Notes under the pieces: generated by a model
The model's database searches: none
What the model was told of the DNA's origin: nothing
The model's input: the letters and a program-made list of their open reading frames with translations, nothing else
Made by a program: the position numbers and the translations under genes
Shown: positions 12,795 through 25,700 of the stretch, piece by piece
How the letters are laid out: each line of letters starts with the position of its first letter
Position numbering within the stretch: position 1 is the stretch's first letter
Assembly (NCBI GenBank): GCA_001687465.1
Contig: LVLI01000229.1
Coordinates: 1-64,000, forward strand
Direction of reading: 5' to 3'
DNA length: 64,000 bases
Origin: Halocafeteria seosinensis
Taxonomy: Eukaryota

Positions 12795-13301
12795 CTTCGG
12801 TTAGACTTATCTCCCAAAGTAAACGTAAACACGTTTAGACTAGTATATTCTGTCGAAGGAGGAGCAACGGTGTATGTACAAGAGGATCAGGTAAGCCGTA
12901 GTTTGTGGCCCGTATGAGGCAGGCACAACCACTGTATTCGTTACTCTCCTTTCCACTGCCCCTTCTTTTCCACTGATCGATAGCTTGAATACCATTAGCA
13001 GTATGTGGGGAACTACAAATGCGGATCATATGCCTTATCTAGCTAATGGGAAGACGCCAACCCTGCTGGTGTGTTAACGGAACACCCCAGGCCCGGCTTC
13101 TTCACAATGCCTAGGTAGGAACTCTGTCCGACGAAAACCGAGCGGGCAATGACGGCTCGTTTGGATTCGCTGCTCTGAATGTAATCTCTAGTCGAAGGTA
13201 ATTGGTAGTAGGTTAGCTTAGCCACTTGGGACATTATACAAGCTGAATGACTGGACTAGAGTAGGACTTTAGCCACATAGTTGTTTATTCATGACATCCG
13301 G

Positions 13302-14507
13302 TTAGCCCAAAGCCTTACGTTGACGAGCAGTATTCATATATGGACGTAGTACCCATTCAATCTCGGCTTCTGTTTGATCAAGTGTTCCCATCCTAACCTG
13401 ATATGGCATTATCTCAAAACGCGGACCTAATTCTTCCAGGTTTACTTCGGCTTTGGGACCTTCACCGCTCTTTGTAAATGTGTGATGCCGGAACGAAATA
13501 TAGTCGTTCTCGTTCGCAAATGTCATGACACGGGTTGCGTCCTGTTTTGGTACGGGGAAAAGATGTTTGAGAATATTCTGTATTCGTCCGCCTAACGATG
13601 TTTTAAAATTTTCGAATATTAAATGAGGATATTGTTCCGAGATCGTTCCCTGAGGTACAATAAAGACAGGTGCCGATGAATGAGGGTATTGACACTCCGT
13701 AACAAGGTAACGCTTCGCTTACCCTATTCTCGATATCGTGTCGTAACACACAGTTGGTCATCGAAAAATATGCTGTGGGCCCATACGGGAGATGGCTAAC
13801 TAGAAGCGCGTCTGGTTCTCCTCTTGTTTCTTGTACAACCACGATATCCGTAAATCCATGACGCTTGCAAACTTCTACTAACTGCAGAACACGATAATAC
13901 CACATATTCATCGTCGTCTGACGAATTCCATGTCTGTCCACAGTACTAACCTCCTTCATCGTTGTGGATCCTCTGTTGAGTCTCTGAGAGTTCGGAAACA
14001 ACAGTCGTACTTCCTGCAAACACCAAGCAGCGATCGTGGAGTCAGACATTTGAACCTTCATTCTGATAACGGCCCTTCCCGTGCAGATGCTTTCCCTACC
14101 TTGGCGAACTGCTTGAGTCGACTACTGGGGTCATGTGAAGTGGTGACGCACACCGAGGGATCATACATCCCTGCTTTAGCATATTCATCATCTATATCAT
14201 GCTGCATAAAGATAATCATCCCATCACAATGTAATGCAGTGCAATACTATCCCATTATATTCCAGGGATATTGAGTGAATAAAGGACTTACTTTCTGGCG
14301 CTTGGCGAGGACCGGGTCGTCTAATTCCATCTCCTTTTTCAGTTCATCGGCCTCGTTTCGCAGCTCAGTAGGGATCGGCTTCCCCGTCTGCAAGGCATGC
14401 TTTATTCTCTCTTTGCGCTCATACTTCTGCCTTTCCTTGCCTTCGAGGGACTTGCGAAACAAGTACTCCTTCTTCAACCTCTGGTTTCGGCGCATTGCTG
14501 CCGCCAT
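13302..14507 (-). CDS. IMP4: U3 snoRNP protein IMP4 (Brix domain), 5 exons
   Basis: RRNQRLKKEYLFRKSLE..GKPIPTELR; DDEYAKAG..DPSVCVTTSHDPSSRLKQFAK|EVRLLFPNSQRLNRG; ETRGEPDALLVSHLPYGPTAYF; TFANENDYISFRHH; ELGPRFE; EWVLRPYMNTARQR. Exons joined by GT-AG introns. Confidence 0.95.
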
Positions 14508-14750
14508 TTTCTCCAATGCAGCCCTCAAACACAGCCAATTATATGTATAGTTTCTCTCTCTACTTTATCGGTACTTTCCTACGGGCATCAAACGTACTGC
14601 GTCATGGAATTTCCATCATGGAACTCTGACTGACACTTCCGAAGCCTTGCTGGGCGTGGTCGGGCTCAGCGCCCGGTGCGCTCCGAGACAGGTATGTGCA
14701 AGTACCAGTAACTATGTACATATAATAGCATGGGTCTCGGGATCAAAAGG

Positions 14751-14978
14751 AGTGCGCAGATGAACTCAAAATTTCAGGAATCTTGCAAGGCCTCTCACCG
14801 GCAAACTTCCCACCCAGGTACTGTATGTTTTTATTCCAACTTGGCTCCTTTCAAACTGTACCGGTAAGTGCGCAGATGAACTCAAAAATTTCAGGAATCT
14901 TGCAAGGCCTCTCACCGTCAAACTTCCCACCCAGGTTTGTTTTTATTCCAACTTGGCTCCTTTCAAACTGTACCGGTA
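14751..14978. repeat. Tandem duplication of a ~115-bp unit
   Basis: agtgcgcagatgaactcaaaa...caaactgtaccggta at 14751-14866 and 14867-14978, with few differences. Confidence 0.9.
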
Positions 14979-15149
14979 GTTTTGTAGTATCGTGGGTACA
15001 ACGTACGTCGTAGTCGGATGTATAATTTATAGCCTACCGACTGAATATTCAAATGGACCACGACTACATCCATGCACCTTGAAGACAGACAAGACTACAG
15101 TACCACCTACCCCCTCACACGGCGTATCGTAGCTTGTAGCAGACACGTC

Positions 15150-15790
15150 TTCCGGTCGGAGCAATACCAATGCACCCGGAACCAGTCCAATATGTTTACG
15201 TTGTGGTGCATCAACGTGACTGACAGTTTGGCCGCCATCAGCTTGCGGAAGTTCCGCATCTCCCTGGGATCCCGGTGCTTTCCTGGCAAATTTCTTGAGG
15301 AACTTGATCGCGTCTTCCGCGAAGCCGCCCGTCGCCTCTGTCGCGAACGGGATAATTTCCGTGTGGTGGTCCCTCGGGTGCCCGTATTTTGTCTCCTTCA
15401 TCTTCTCCGCTCCTGCCGCGATGGTGAGGGGTCTTCCCGCTACCCTGGCTAGTCTGTCTCCCGTGACCAGGTTTGGCACTGTCGCATCGACATAAACTGT
15501 GCTCGTTGGGCCCTTTGCTACCAGGTTCACTAGTGGCGTCGCCTCTCCTTCGTTTCGCGGGTCTACGAGCACCTCTCTCTCTCCACTGGCATTTGACTCG
15601 TGCGGATATAATTCTCCTATTGCACTGCTATCCCTTCATGACGGTGGAACAATTGCGTGGCGTTTCCTTCTTTGCCTCACCCCAGTGCGTGGTGCAGCAG
15701 CTCGTCGATCGGTCCTTCTCGACAGCATTCACCGGATGGCCCCGTAAACAAGGAAGTTTGGGGGAGCCCTAGGCGTAGGCACAGAGTAAC
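15150..15790 (-). mobile_element. 3' fragment of a CRE-clade (restriction-like endonuclease) non-LTR retrotransposon, pseudogenised
   Basis: Minus-strand translation gives LRLGLP...GECCREGPIDELLHHALG*...HRHEGI (CCHC knuckle with stop), then after a frameshift VYVDATVP...AAGAEKMKETKY...IIPFATEATGGFAEDAIKFLKKFA, the typical RLE C-terminus. Confidence 0.75.
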
Positions 15791-16797
15791 CATGGACACT
15801 CGGCTTCCTTTAGTGTAAATCCTTTCCTTGTTGCTGCGTATAGCCGTGCTCTTGGCATGCTGTCAGCACTCTTGCTGCTGTGGGTTCAGCGTCCCTTCCA
15901 GAGTCCGTGTAACTACTCTGCAACATTTTGCGCAGGTGTTTCTGTAGCTTCGGTTTGCTCCAGTAGCGTTCGTAGTTTGCATCCGCGAGTCCGATCGTTT
16001 CCTGTAGCGTGTTCTGACTCTCTGCGGACCATTGCGACGGTTTCTTGCGGTACTGTATTGCGCGAGCGGGTCCTGCTCATCTCCTGCCAGTTGGTGGATC
16101 GTTTTTGATGCGTCGACCGCCCCGACGATATGCGATGCTTCTGTTGCGCGGTCTGGGGTGAACCTACGCGGAAGCGGTCCAGCATCTTCACGTTGTAGCT
16201 TGAGCAGCAGGATACGTGTCAGATACGGTCAGGGCACTGTGGAAACATTTACATGTAGCTTTCGGGATTATAAAGCGGCAAGTGAGAAAAATGAGAGTAC
16301 CGGTAGGTATCGACAAAAGGTATTACATATTGCGAACGATTGCATGCCATTCGGACAAAGTGGTTTTAGATAGATTGGGTGGAAGAGCGGTATTCGTCGT
16401 GGGGAAACTCTACTGGACACTGGTTAGAAACATTTAGACTGTAGCATACACACGTCTTCGGCAGGAGCAATACTGTACACTACCAAATACGTACACACAA
16501 CAATGAACACGGAACCTACTTTGCTGGATTTAGCTGATCCCACAATGGCATCATAACTTCCAAGTTCCTACCGACGATGTCAGCACCACCAAAACGCAGC
16601 TCTTGTATTCTCCCCCGGCTACTCGCAATCGACCGTCGTCACGGGATCGTGATCCTAGCCCAGCAACTTCAATGAATTCCTATCGAACCCACAAATACTG
16701 CTCTATCTGCTATTCGGTGGGAATCCGTGGGATTGATTGTGTGTGCAGCAAAGGCTCAGCTCCATTTATTTCTTCTTGTATTTTCCCCACATATACC

Positions 16798-19700
16798 ATG
16801 TCGGCTCCGTCTCGTCATGTCCACCATGGTCGGCGGCAGCGACGAGCCTCTCTGCCCCACACACCCCTCTCCCAGCAGCAGCAGGAGGCTACTGTGCATT
16901 ATTTGCCTCCACGCGTGTCCACAGCAGAAGGTACGGGCTCAGTCAAATCCTTTCCTCCCCCTTGATATCAGGTCTACCTATGTCTGTGTGTATGTGTGTG
17001 TGTGCCTGTATCCAGCCACGGCCTTGGAGCGAGCGCAAACTTCTCCCGGGCCTGGGAGTGGGAGTGGGACTGGAATTCCACAGCCAGGAGAGTTGTACAA
17101 GGACTTTTCCGGGTCCTATACTAGTACCTCCTTTCCTCATGAGCCACAAGAGCAGCAGCAACAGCAACAGCCAGCGGAGCACCATAAGACAGGAGGGGTT
17201 GGATTCCTTCCTCGGGATGCGTCGGGACAAGCTCGCTCGATACAAGGCGTACGCTACGAGGATGCCTCGTTACAGTACTACGGGAGTATACCCCGAGTTT
17301 TTAATCGGGGAAGCTGTCCGACCCAGGTTCCACTAACGACGGGTGATTCGGCCTTGTTTTTCTCGGACCAAGTAGGAGCTGCGTTGGGGTGTGATGGAAT
17401 CTTGTCCGATGACTGTGGGGTCTGTCCACCCTGGAGCTCCCCTTTCTACACGGCATTCACTTTATTTTCGGCTATCGATGATGATATACCCCCTCGCTTC
17501 TTTGATGAATCGCAGGGCCAACTGAGCTCCCATATCGCAAAACAACACTGCCATTTAACCCAATGGCCACGCTTGCTGGCCAAGCAACTGCAATCCAAGA
17601 TTACCACGATGAACACCGACGACATTAAGAGGCTGTTGGTTGCAACTCTTGATTCTGAAGCTGCTATCACTTCATTGTATATCGGATTTGAACCGTATGT
17701 TTTAGAGCGCTATAGCCAGTTGGCCAATGATGATGAAGCATCTCTGGTGCTTTGCGCCACACGCGACAAAGGAGCTGTTGAAGCAGACCCCCGAGCGGAA
17801 CACATCAATGACCAACTTGCATTTGTGCGGGATGCTAAATCCCCTGATTATCGGTTCACGCAGTGGTACAAAAACGCAAAGGTCCAGGACTCAGGGGTCT
17901 GGTCGGAACCACTCACGAACGGCTCGAGCGACGCCTTAACAATATACTACTCCGTCCCTATTCGGGCTGATGGAATATTCGTTGGAGTAATTTCGATGAT
18001 GCTAAGCATGCACATGAACAGTGAAACGTTACATGCACAGGTTGCGACGCCCGAGATTTCAAGCTCCGAATATGGGTTGACAGGAAAACAAGCCGCGGAA
18101 CACTCGCAACGGCAGCTGGACAAATTAACCACTGGTCCTCGCAAACTTGCAGAGTCCCTCTCACGCAATACTCTCTTCCGTGCCAATGATGATGCATCGA
18201 CCAAGGCAAAACGGCTGGCGGCATCTCTTAACGCCATTCTTGGGGACGAGGAAAAGCTCTTTGGTGCTTGCGTCGCTTTTGCGCCTGGTGTATTTGAGAG
18301 ACATGATAAGCAGTCCTTTTACGCTTGCAAGCAATGTGCAAGCGAGAACACTGTAGGGGAATCGTCAGACTGTAAATCCGGGGCCCTTGTTAGTGACGAA
18401 GAGGATAGAGTCCTACCACAGGTGCTAATTTTGCCATCGGAAGGCAAAACAGAATACAATGTCGGTGAAGACAAAAGAGATGATCAGGCTGCCTCCTCAC
18501 CTTTGACTGCACGATTTGGAGGTATTCGCTATCCTACTATCGCAGACCTCCCGGAAGAGAGCAACAGCTTCCCTGTCGAACCATTACAATATGATTACAC
18601 TGCAAATGAATGGTACGATGCTACCCGAAGGGAGTGCAAAGATCACTGGAGTAAACCGTACTTCGATGAGGGTGGAGGAAACACCTGGATGATTACGTAT
18701 AGCGTTCCGTTCTTTACAACCGAATCTGAAGCAAGTGATAATGATGACGACGATGATTTTGACTTTGCAGGAGTTGTTACCATTGACTTGCTGTACGACG
18801 GTGACATGAAACGGTTGTTCTCTCCTGGTTCTAAAGCAGATCAGAACTCTGTTACCTGCTTTTCCTGTGGACTTCCTTGTGATCACGCCTATTGGACGCC
18901 AAAGTCGAAGTTAGCTCAATCTTCTATTTGTCAACGCTGCGTCCATAAAGGTCTACTACCACGGAACAGTCGATACAAGGACCTCCAATTCGTGGCAGAC
19001 AAGGCTTGGTATGAATGGTGGCAGCGTGTAAGATCTCCTGGCCGCAAAATACGCTTTGGGCAAAAGGTACAACTTCGCCATAAATCAAGTGGAGAAATCC
19101 TATGTGTGAAACTAGATGATGGAAGCTCGCATGGTAGCTTCGTCAAAGGCGATATAGAGGATGCAGATGGCCGTTTGTTGAAAACTGATACGGTACAGTT
19201 GTATCAGGTTACCACAGACAGCGGTAGAGATCCCTACATGGAAGGAAGCATTGACTCATGGTTCTCTATTGAGTCACCTGACCGGCAACATGGGGAACCT
19301 GTTACGTGGGGTGACCAAATTGAACTAATCTCTGTACGTTGGAATTTCCCCTTGGCCATATCTGTTAGTCAGCAAAGGGCGAGGTCGCTGTTTACTTCCT
19401 CAATCAACACGTCTCTTGATGAAGTGGTAATGCGGAAGTGGAGAGTCATTCCGTTTGCTCGTAGGGCATCAGTGGATGGGGACATTGTTCGTTCACTAAG
19501 GCAACAGGTAGATGAGCAAGGTTCATCCGGTAAATTGCTACTTCAACCTGATATTAAACGGAAACTTATAAGTGTTCGACTTGGAATTGCTTGCGGAACA
19601 GGGTTCGGCATTGGCCCAGAGCTTAGCAACCCGTCTACTGTCCGACTTGTTCAAGCGGATCCTCTTGCGGATGAAGGAGCAGTTTCTTCGATGAAGAGAG

Positions 19701-22700
19701 ATGTTTTCAGACCTTCGCGTGTTCTGGAGCTTGAGCATAATGCATCAATGAATGAAAGCGCCTCGTCGGAGGAACACTATGGAGCGGGCAAATATGGAAC
19801 TGCTGATTCATTGGGGATTGCCTCTCTGCTTGGTCGCGCGGAAAAAATGTATTTGCAAGGCGGATGCGTTGTGCGTCTTTCCGTGAATGTGGATTCTGTA
19901 TGTTCCAGTCGAAATCCTAGGAAAAGTCAAGATGACCTCTTGTGCGGGGACTATCCACGTCAGGTTGGAGACTCTGTGGTGGGTCAGAAACGAGTATACA
20001 TTAGCACATCTAGCGCCTCCCAATCTAGCAATGTCAATCTTTCCGCAAGTCAAGTGCTCCAAATCGCCGACTCGGAACGAGAAAATAACGCTGATCGAAG
20101 GTTCACCAAGGTTACAAGCTATCTCGCTGACAATCTGGATGCAAGTTGTTCGCTAGATTCCCTTTGGCTGGTTCAACCTAGTTCCGGTGGAGGAGGTGCC
20201 CTACGACCTGGTGATGGATTTTACCTGTTTCATTTGGCTACTCGTCGCTATCTCGCTGTAAATTGGGAGGACGCAAAAGACTATACAGTCTCCGGTTGCG
20301 AAGGTACATGGCTTGAGGATATGCAGAAACTTTCTCTTGTTGGGGACATCGAGACCGGCATCCCCCTTGAGTCACGTAATGCTGCACCACTGTCACTTGT
20401 TCCTTCAGTTGCCGAAGCAACAATTTTTTGTGCTCAGCGAAGCTGTTACGTAGATCCGACTGAAGGAAAAGGCGGAGAAGAAACTGATGTGTCGTCGGAC
20501 TATTTTGCCCGTTTAAAAGGGTTTAGGTCCAGCTCGAAATCTTTATTTGGTGCCTCTGAACAACGGCGACAAAGCCGTAGCCGGCGTGATTTGGACGACC
20601 AAGACGTTGATGTGGAAGGACAAATGCAATTTACTAGTGAAGATCACTCTCCAATTGAAGTTCAAGAGAGGTTCTTTCTGCAATGTTTGGTCCCATTGAG
20701 TTCTCAACTCTCAGCCTCAAGCAAATTTTGGGTAGGGATGGTAACACCTGAAGCGCTGAAGACTGAGGTACATGAAATGGAACATCAGGCTGAGATGGAG
20801 AGCAGTCGAAAGAGTGATACTGCGTTTAGTCGTATTTCGACCCGGATTAAATCCCTAATCACTGCGGCTTCAGCATCGAAAAGAATGGGTATATTCCGTA
20901 ACGCCGATCTCAGTGCTGGCTTTAGGGCTGAAATTGTAGGTGGGTATGCATCCGTTGATTCTAGAAGGGTTAGCGCGCACATTCATCACCTGTTGGCATC
21001 CGCTACTGAAATACATGCTGCTATTGGAAATGTTGGAGCACCCGATGAGCAACCACTTGTTGAGAAGCTACCGGAAACGGACGGAGAAACGAGTGATTCA
21101 TCCGATGAAGATGCAGCCGACAAGCGAAATACCTCTAAGATCAGTGATTATCAAAAGACTGGTAAAGTACATCTATCAATGTCGAACTTGAGTCATACAC
21201 ATCTCCTGTCACTCTTGAGCAGCGTCTTGCACGTGACTCGGTTTTTGCAAGGAGCGTGTATTGATCATAGCGAAATTGAATCGTTAACCTTTTCAGCAGA
21301 GGGGCAATATTCTCGCGACATTGACAACGTAAAGCAACAATGTAGGCTATCAAAACAGTATACAGCTGAGGCTATCACCTCTCGTCTGGAAGGTATTGTC
21401 GCAGACAATAGCGACCTTGAAGGCCCACAAAGCTGGTGGAATGAAATTGTTTTCCCGAGTGGAACTATGACAGAAGAAGATGAAGATCTGGAAGATGATA
21501 GCGACACTGAAGACGAGCAAACGGCTACCGGATCTGTTACAGACACCAAGACAGGAACCGGAACGCACAATGATAGCCATTCTGGGCATTCTAGCTTTGC
21601 AGAAGAGATAGGAGAGGGGAGTGCACTCAATTTGAACCCGTGTAACACCAGACATCATCGGCAAGCATTGGTTTGGCAGGGCCGTGGTGTGGATGTCATA
21701 ATGCATTCGCTTAAAGCATGTATGAACATCCGCAGGTTGTTCAGCATACCTCATAAAGTGAATCATCAGAGTGAGGTAGTGGAGGCTGCCTCCACGGTCG
21801 CTGTACTGGCACTCGCACGAAAAGTAGCCGCTGTGAACATGTATTGTTTATATCTTCTCCTCCTAGACCACCGACAGGCATGCATAACGACAAGTGCGTA
21901 TTTCGACAAGCTATTGCAATGGGCGTGTATGCGACGGACGCAGGGCCGACCAAATACAGCAGATTTGGTGATCTCGAAAGACCTGGATGCGCATCAAGAT
22001 CATGCGTTGGCTTACTTGGCGTCGGTTATCGTGGAGATAGTTCTGATGACGTATCGTGTCAGTCTCACGGATGTACCCCTACGGCACGTATCCTTATTGG
22101 GTTTCGTCGCTCGCCGTTCGGTCCAGCCCCCGCTGCCCCCTCGTCTGATTCAATTGCTTAGCAAAATCGTTTGTCGTGAGATAGAAACGCAGAGTAAAGG
22201 TGTTGAGAAGCAGCAGGGTACGCGAGAGGCCGAAGTTTTGGATGATGTTGCAGATTACGCTCCTGTTCCTTCGAACCAGTGGGCTGTTAGCATACATTTC
22301 TTACTTCAAGATAACGCCGCAGTGGTACGGGGTTTGCTTCATCCTGACGCACCTATCTGGCACCATCTGGAAATTACACAGCCTCCTACTCCTGAACAAT
22401 TGCGGCGTGTCCGAGTCAAAGACTCGCGGACAAAAAAATATCGCCATGTTGGAGTTGACTCTTTGGTAAGCGTGCTCCAACTCTGTTGTCGGTTGTGTAT
22501 GGGAGCAGCGGGTGTAATTGTCCGGCGAGTATTGGAAGTGCTCGGAGGATGTACCTTTGATCGCCTGATCCACATTGCGTTCGACGAAACGTTGACAGGT
22601 CAACTGTATAGAGTGAGAAGCCAGTGCTGTCATCTTCTTCGTGTCATGTATATTGAGCCGCACGTTATCAAGCACCGGAATATCCCTGGCAATAGCGGTA

Positions 22701-25700
22701 CCGGAGTTTGCGCTGGAGCTGTGACGAACTTATGCGCAAGCATTCCTGGGGTTGACGCCGGTCTGTCGGCCATTGCATTTCCGCAATATGGATCTGATAT
22801 TATAACAGACTCGTGTGAATCTTCCCTTGGTCCCCCAGAAGCTGCGCATCTCTTGAAGCCTGGGATAATGCGGACTATGTCATTCTGGAAACGTGACTGT
22901 TTGTACACTTTGTCGGAAGAAGAAGCATTCTTCAGCGGTGACAATGCAACCTACTTTCGCCAGGAGAGTCTTTTGGAAGTCCTAATAGACAAATGCACCA
23001 GAGATTTGGGGTTGAAGAAGACTTCCGAGATTGTCAGTGCCTTGAATGCAGACTCTGTGGGGATCAGTGACCATACCGTTTATGTTCGCAAAGACGTACC
23101 TCACAATGCGGACGTACCGGTAGATGTATTGGGGGACTGTGGTGTACCAAAACTAGCAGAAACTCAAGTACAGGGAGTAATCCGACATGTGAACATGTAT
23201 CTCGATCGATGCACTGCCCTTTCCTCCAAGAATGAACTCAGCCTTGGAGTTTTGACTCTAGCTTCAGCCATGATACGTCGCGGGGCTCTCACACCGCGGC
23301 AGATTTGCTCTGTGATACCGAACCTGCTAAAGCTTATTGTTGCCGAACAGCAGCGTGATGCATTCTCTTCCGATTGGCAATGGCGAACCGATAAGAAGCT
23401 ACTGCTGCGACTGAAGTTGCGTAGTTGTACGTTGCTGCATACTGTTTGTGACTATGCCACGGCTCATAAAGTGCAACAGTGCGTGGACTATTTCTCTGGG
23501 AAGTTTAGTGACCTGGTGGAACGGAAGGGCTACGATGAGTTCTTTACAGCAATTAGTGCTATCTACGCCCCATCAGAGAATAGCAATCAGGATTTTGAAA
23601 TCATTGAAAGGATGTGTAATCACGACTGGTTTAACAAGGCTTTGGACTCTTGTCAAGCCTCTGAACTTCTTCGGGAAGCTGTTAATCGTGTATCATGGTC
23701 CCCGCTGCTCAAGCTGACTGTTTCCCTACTACGTCGACTGAAAAGCCGACCGTCTGAAGTATTTAAAGCGTTTCGAGACGCTAGCATCCTTTATAGTGGT
23801 GCTGAGTACCGCTTTGCCGTTGAAATTGGATCTATTGCGTGGAGATTGAACGGGATCACATTGTTGGAGCGCACCAGCTCGGAACCTGGCGAGGTTCATG
23901 TCAGTCGTGCGAAGGAAGTTACAAACGCAGCGGCAATGCTGGTACGGAGACTGAGGCTCGTGTTTGGTGCACATGAAAGCTACGGGATCTCCAGGAAACG
24001 AGCCATCGATATATTTCTGGCCTCGAATTGCGTGGATGTTATCATTGGACTCTCAAAGATTCCGTTGAAAGTGGTTTTGCATGCATATGATCTTGGGGTG
24101 CATTCTACAAGTACCTCACCACAAGAGCATCCAATGATGAAAGTGCTGAGGCAAACCTACGCTCTACTCTACAGCCTTGCCAGAACACGTGACCCTACTA
24201 TTTTGACCATGCTTCGCCCCCACATCAACTCGTTCCTGCGTTATCAAGGTTCTTCCGTTGGAACTATGGAGCTGATCATTGAGCTAGTAAAAGGGTGCCG
24301 TGGCGCGTGTGATCTTGTTGACACGGCCCACATTGACACTACACTAGTAAGCTTATCGCAAGTCTCTACATCGATATCCGCTAAAGTGATGTTAATCAGG
24401 TTCCTGAGGTCACTTATGGTCGACATATCGACTGAAGAAGATGGAGATACATCTGGGTCAGTGATCAGCCACAGGAACAAAGAACTAGTTATCCACGGAC
24501 TATGTTCCGGAAAAGCTCAAACCTCATCGGCATCAGGAGATATGCGATTCGGCGCGGAGATTGAGAAAGAAGGACATAGTTTACAAACTGAATCTTGGGC
24601 AACGCTCCGTACCCTGGCTTTCATCCGTTCCAAGATTGGTTTACTATACTTCCTTGGAGAGATAGATGCTGTCTGCCAACCGAACCGACTGCTGGGGAGC
24701 ATCCATTCCTGGTACAGGAAAGACTTCGACGTCAATGCATTGCGAATCAAAGCAGGAAGGGCAGTCCGAAGGCTAAGGTCATACGTTGCATCCGGTTGCG
24801 CTCAAAGTCTTCTTGAATCTATGCCTGAAGGGGAATCGGCTTATTATATGTACGAACTGGAACTGAGCTTGGGGAAATCAAACACGGAAAGAACCCAAAT
24901 GGACTTCTACAAGCGACTTCTGCAGACTATATCTGACTCCCAACAGAACTATACGAAGCAGCACTCACACAATACTGTCGATGAGACCACCCTAGTCATT
25001 CGATCAGCTCTTCCATGGGATGGGATTCTGAGTTGTGTTCTATCGGTGACCTCTTTTTCTCTGAAGTCTAAGTTCCTGCGCTTTCTCTGGGCTGTTTGGG
25101 GCGATAAACTCCCATATGTTAGTACAGAAGGTCTGCAAGCCTCAGTCGTGCTAAACGGAAGCACTGATACCGTTTATGAATACCTGAGTTCCGAAAAAGG
25201 ATTTCCACATCCTGAAACACAACTTCCAGTTCTGGGGCTGTCGACAACCCGAGATTGCACCCCCTTGAGCTTGCTCGCTAATGAGGCCATTGGGGCTGGG
25301 CTCTTATGGCTGCACATATTGGCGGACCCGTTTATTGAGCAGAATATGCATGTCGAGCTTGCACAACCGGTTACCCAAAGTATATGCATCGCTCTTGTTG
25401 GAAGGCAAAATGTCTCAGATCGTGCAACGGAACTGCCACAAGAGCTTGAAAGGTTATCTTGCAGCATGGACTTTGTAGAGTTAACGACACCACCGGAGGC
25501 CGAAATCGCGCTGCGGGGATCCTTGTCTTCCATCCTGAATTGCTATGCCAACAATACCTCGCAGGGCGATTTTCAGAGGCGAACACTTTTGAGTGGAAGG
25601 TCGTCGGGTCTTATAAGAAACAAGTATGAATTGCAGGTTCTGGTGGAGTCCTTGAAGGAAATGTTGTTTGATGTCACCCTTCCCCTTCTTCTTGAAATGC

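Noticed and set aside
16727..16797. ORF-track start of the 4120-aa protein
   Set aside because: Non-ATG start that reads through a (TG)-rich intron. ATG 16798 plus intron 16931-17015 gives a cleaner in-frame model.
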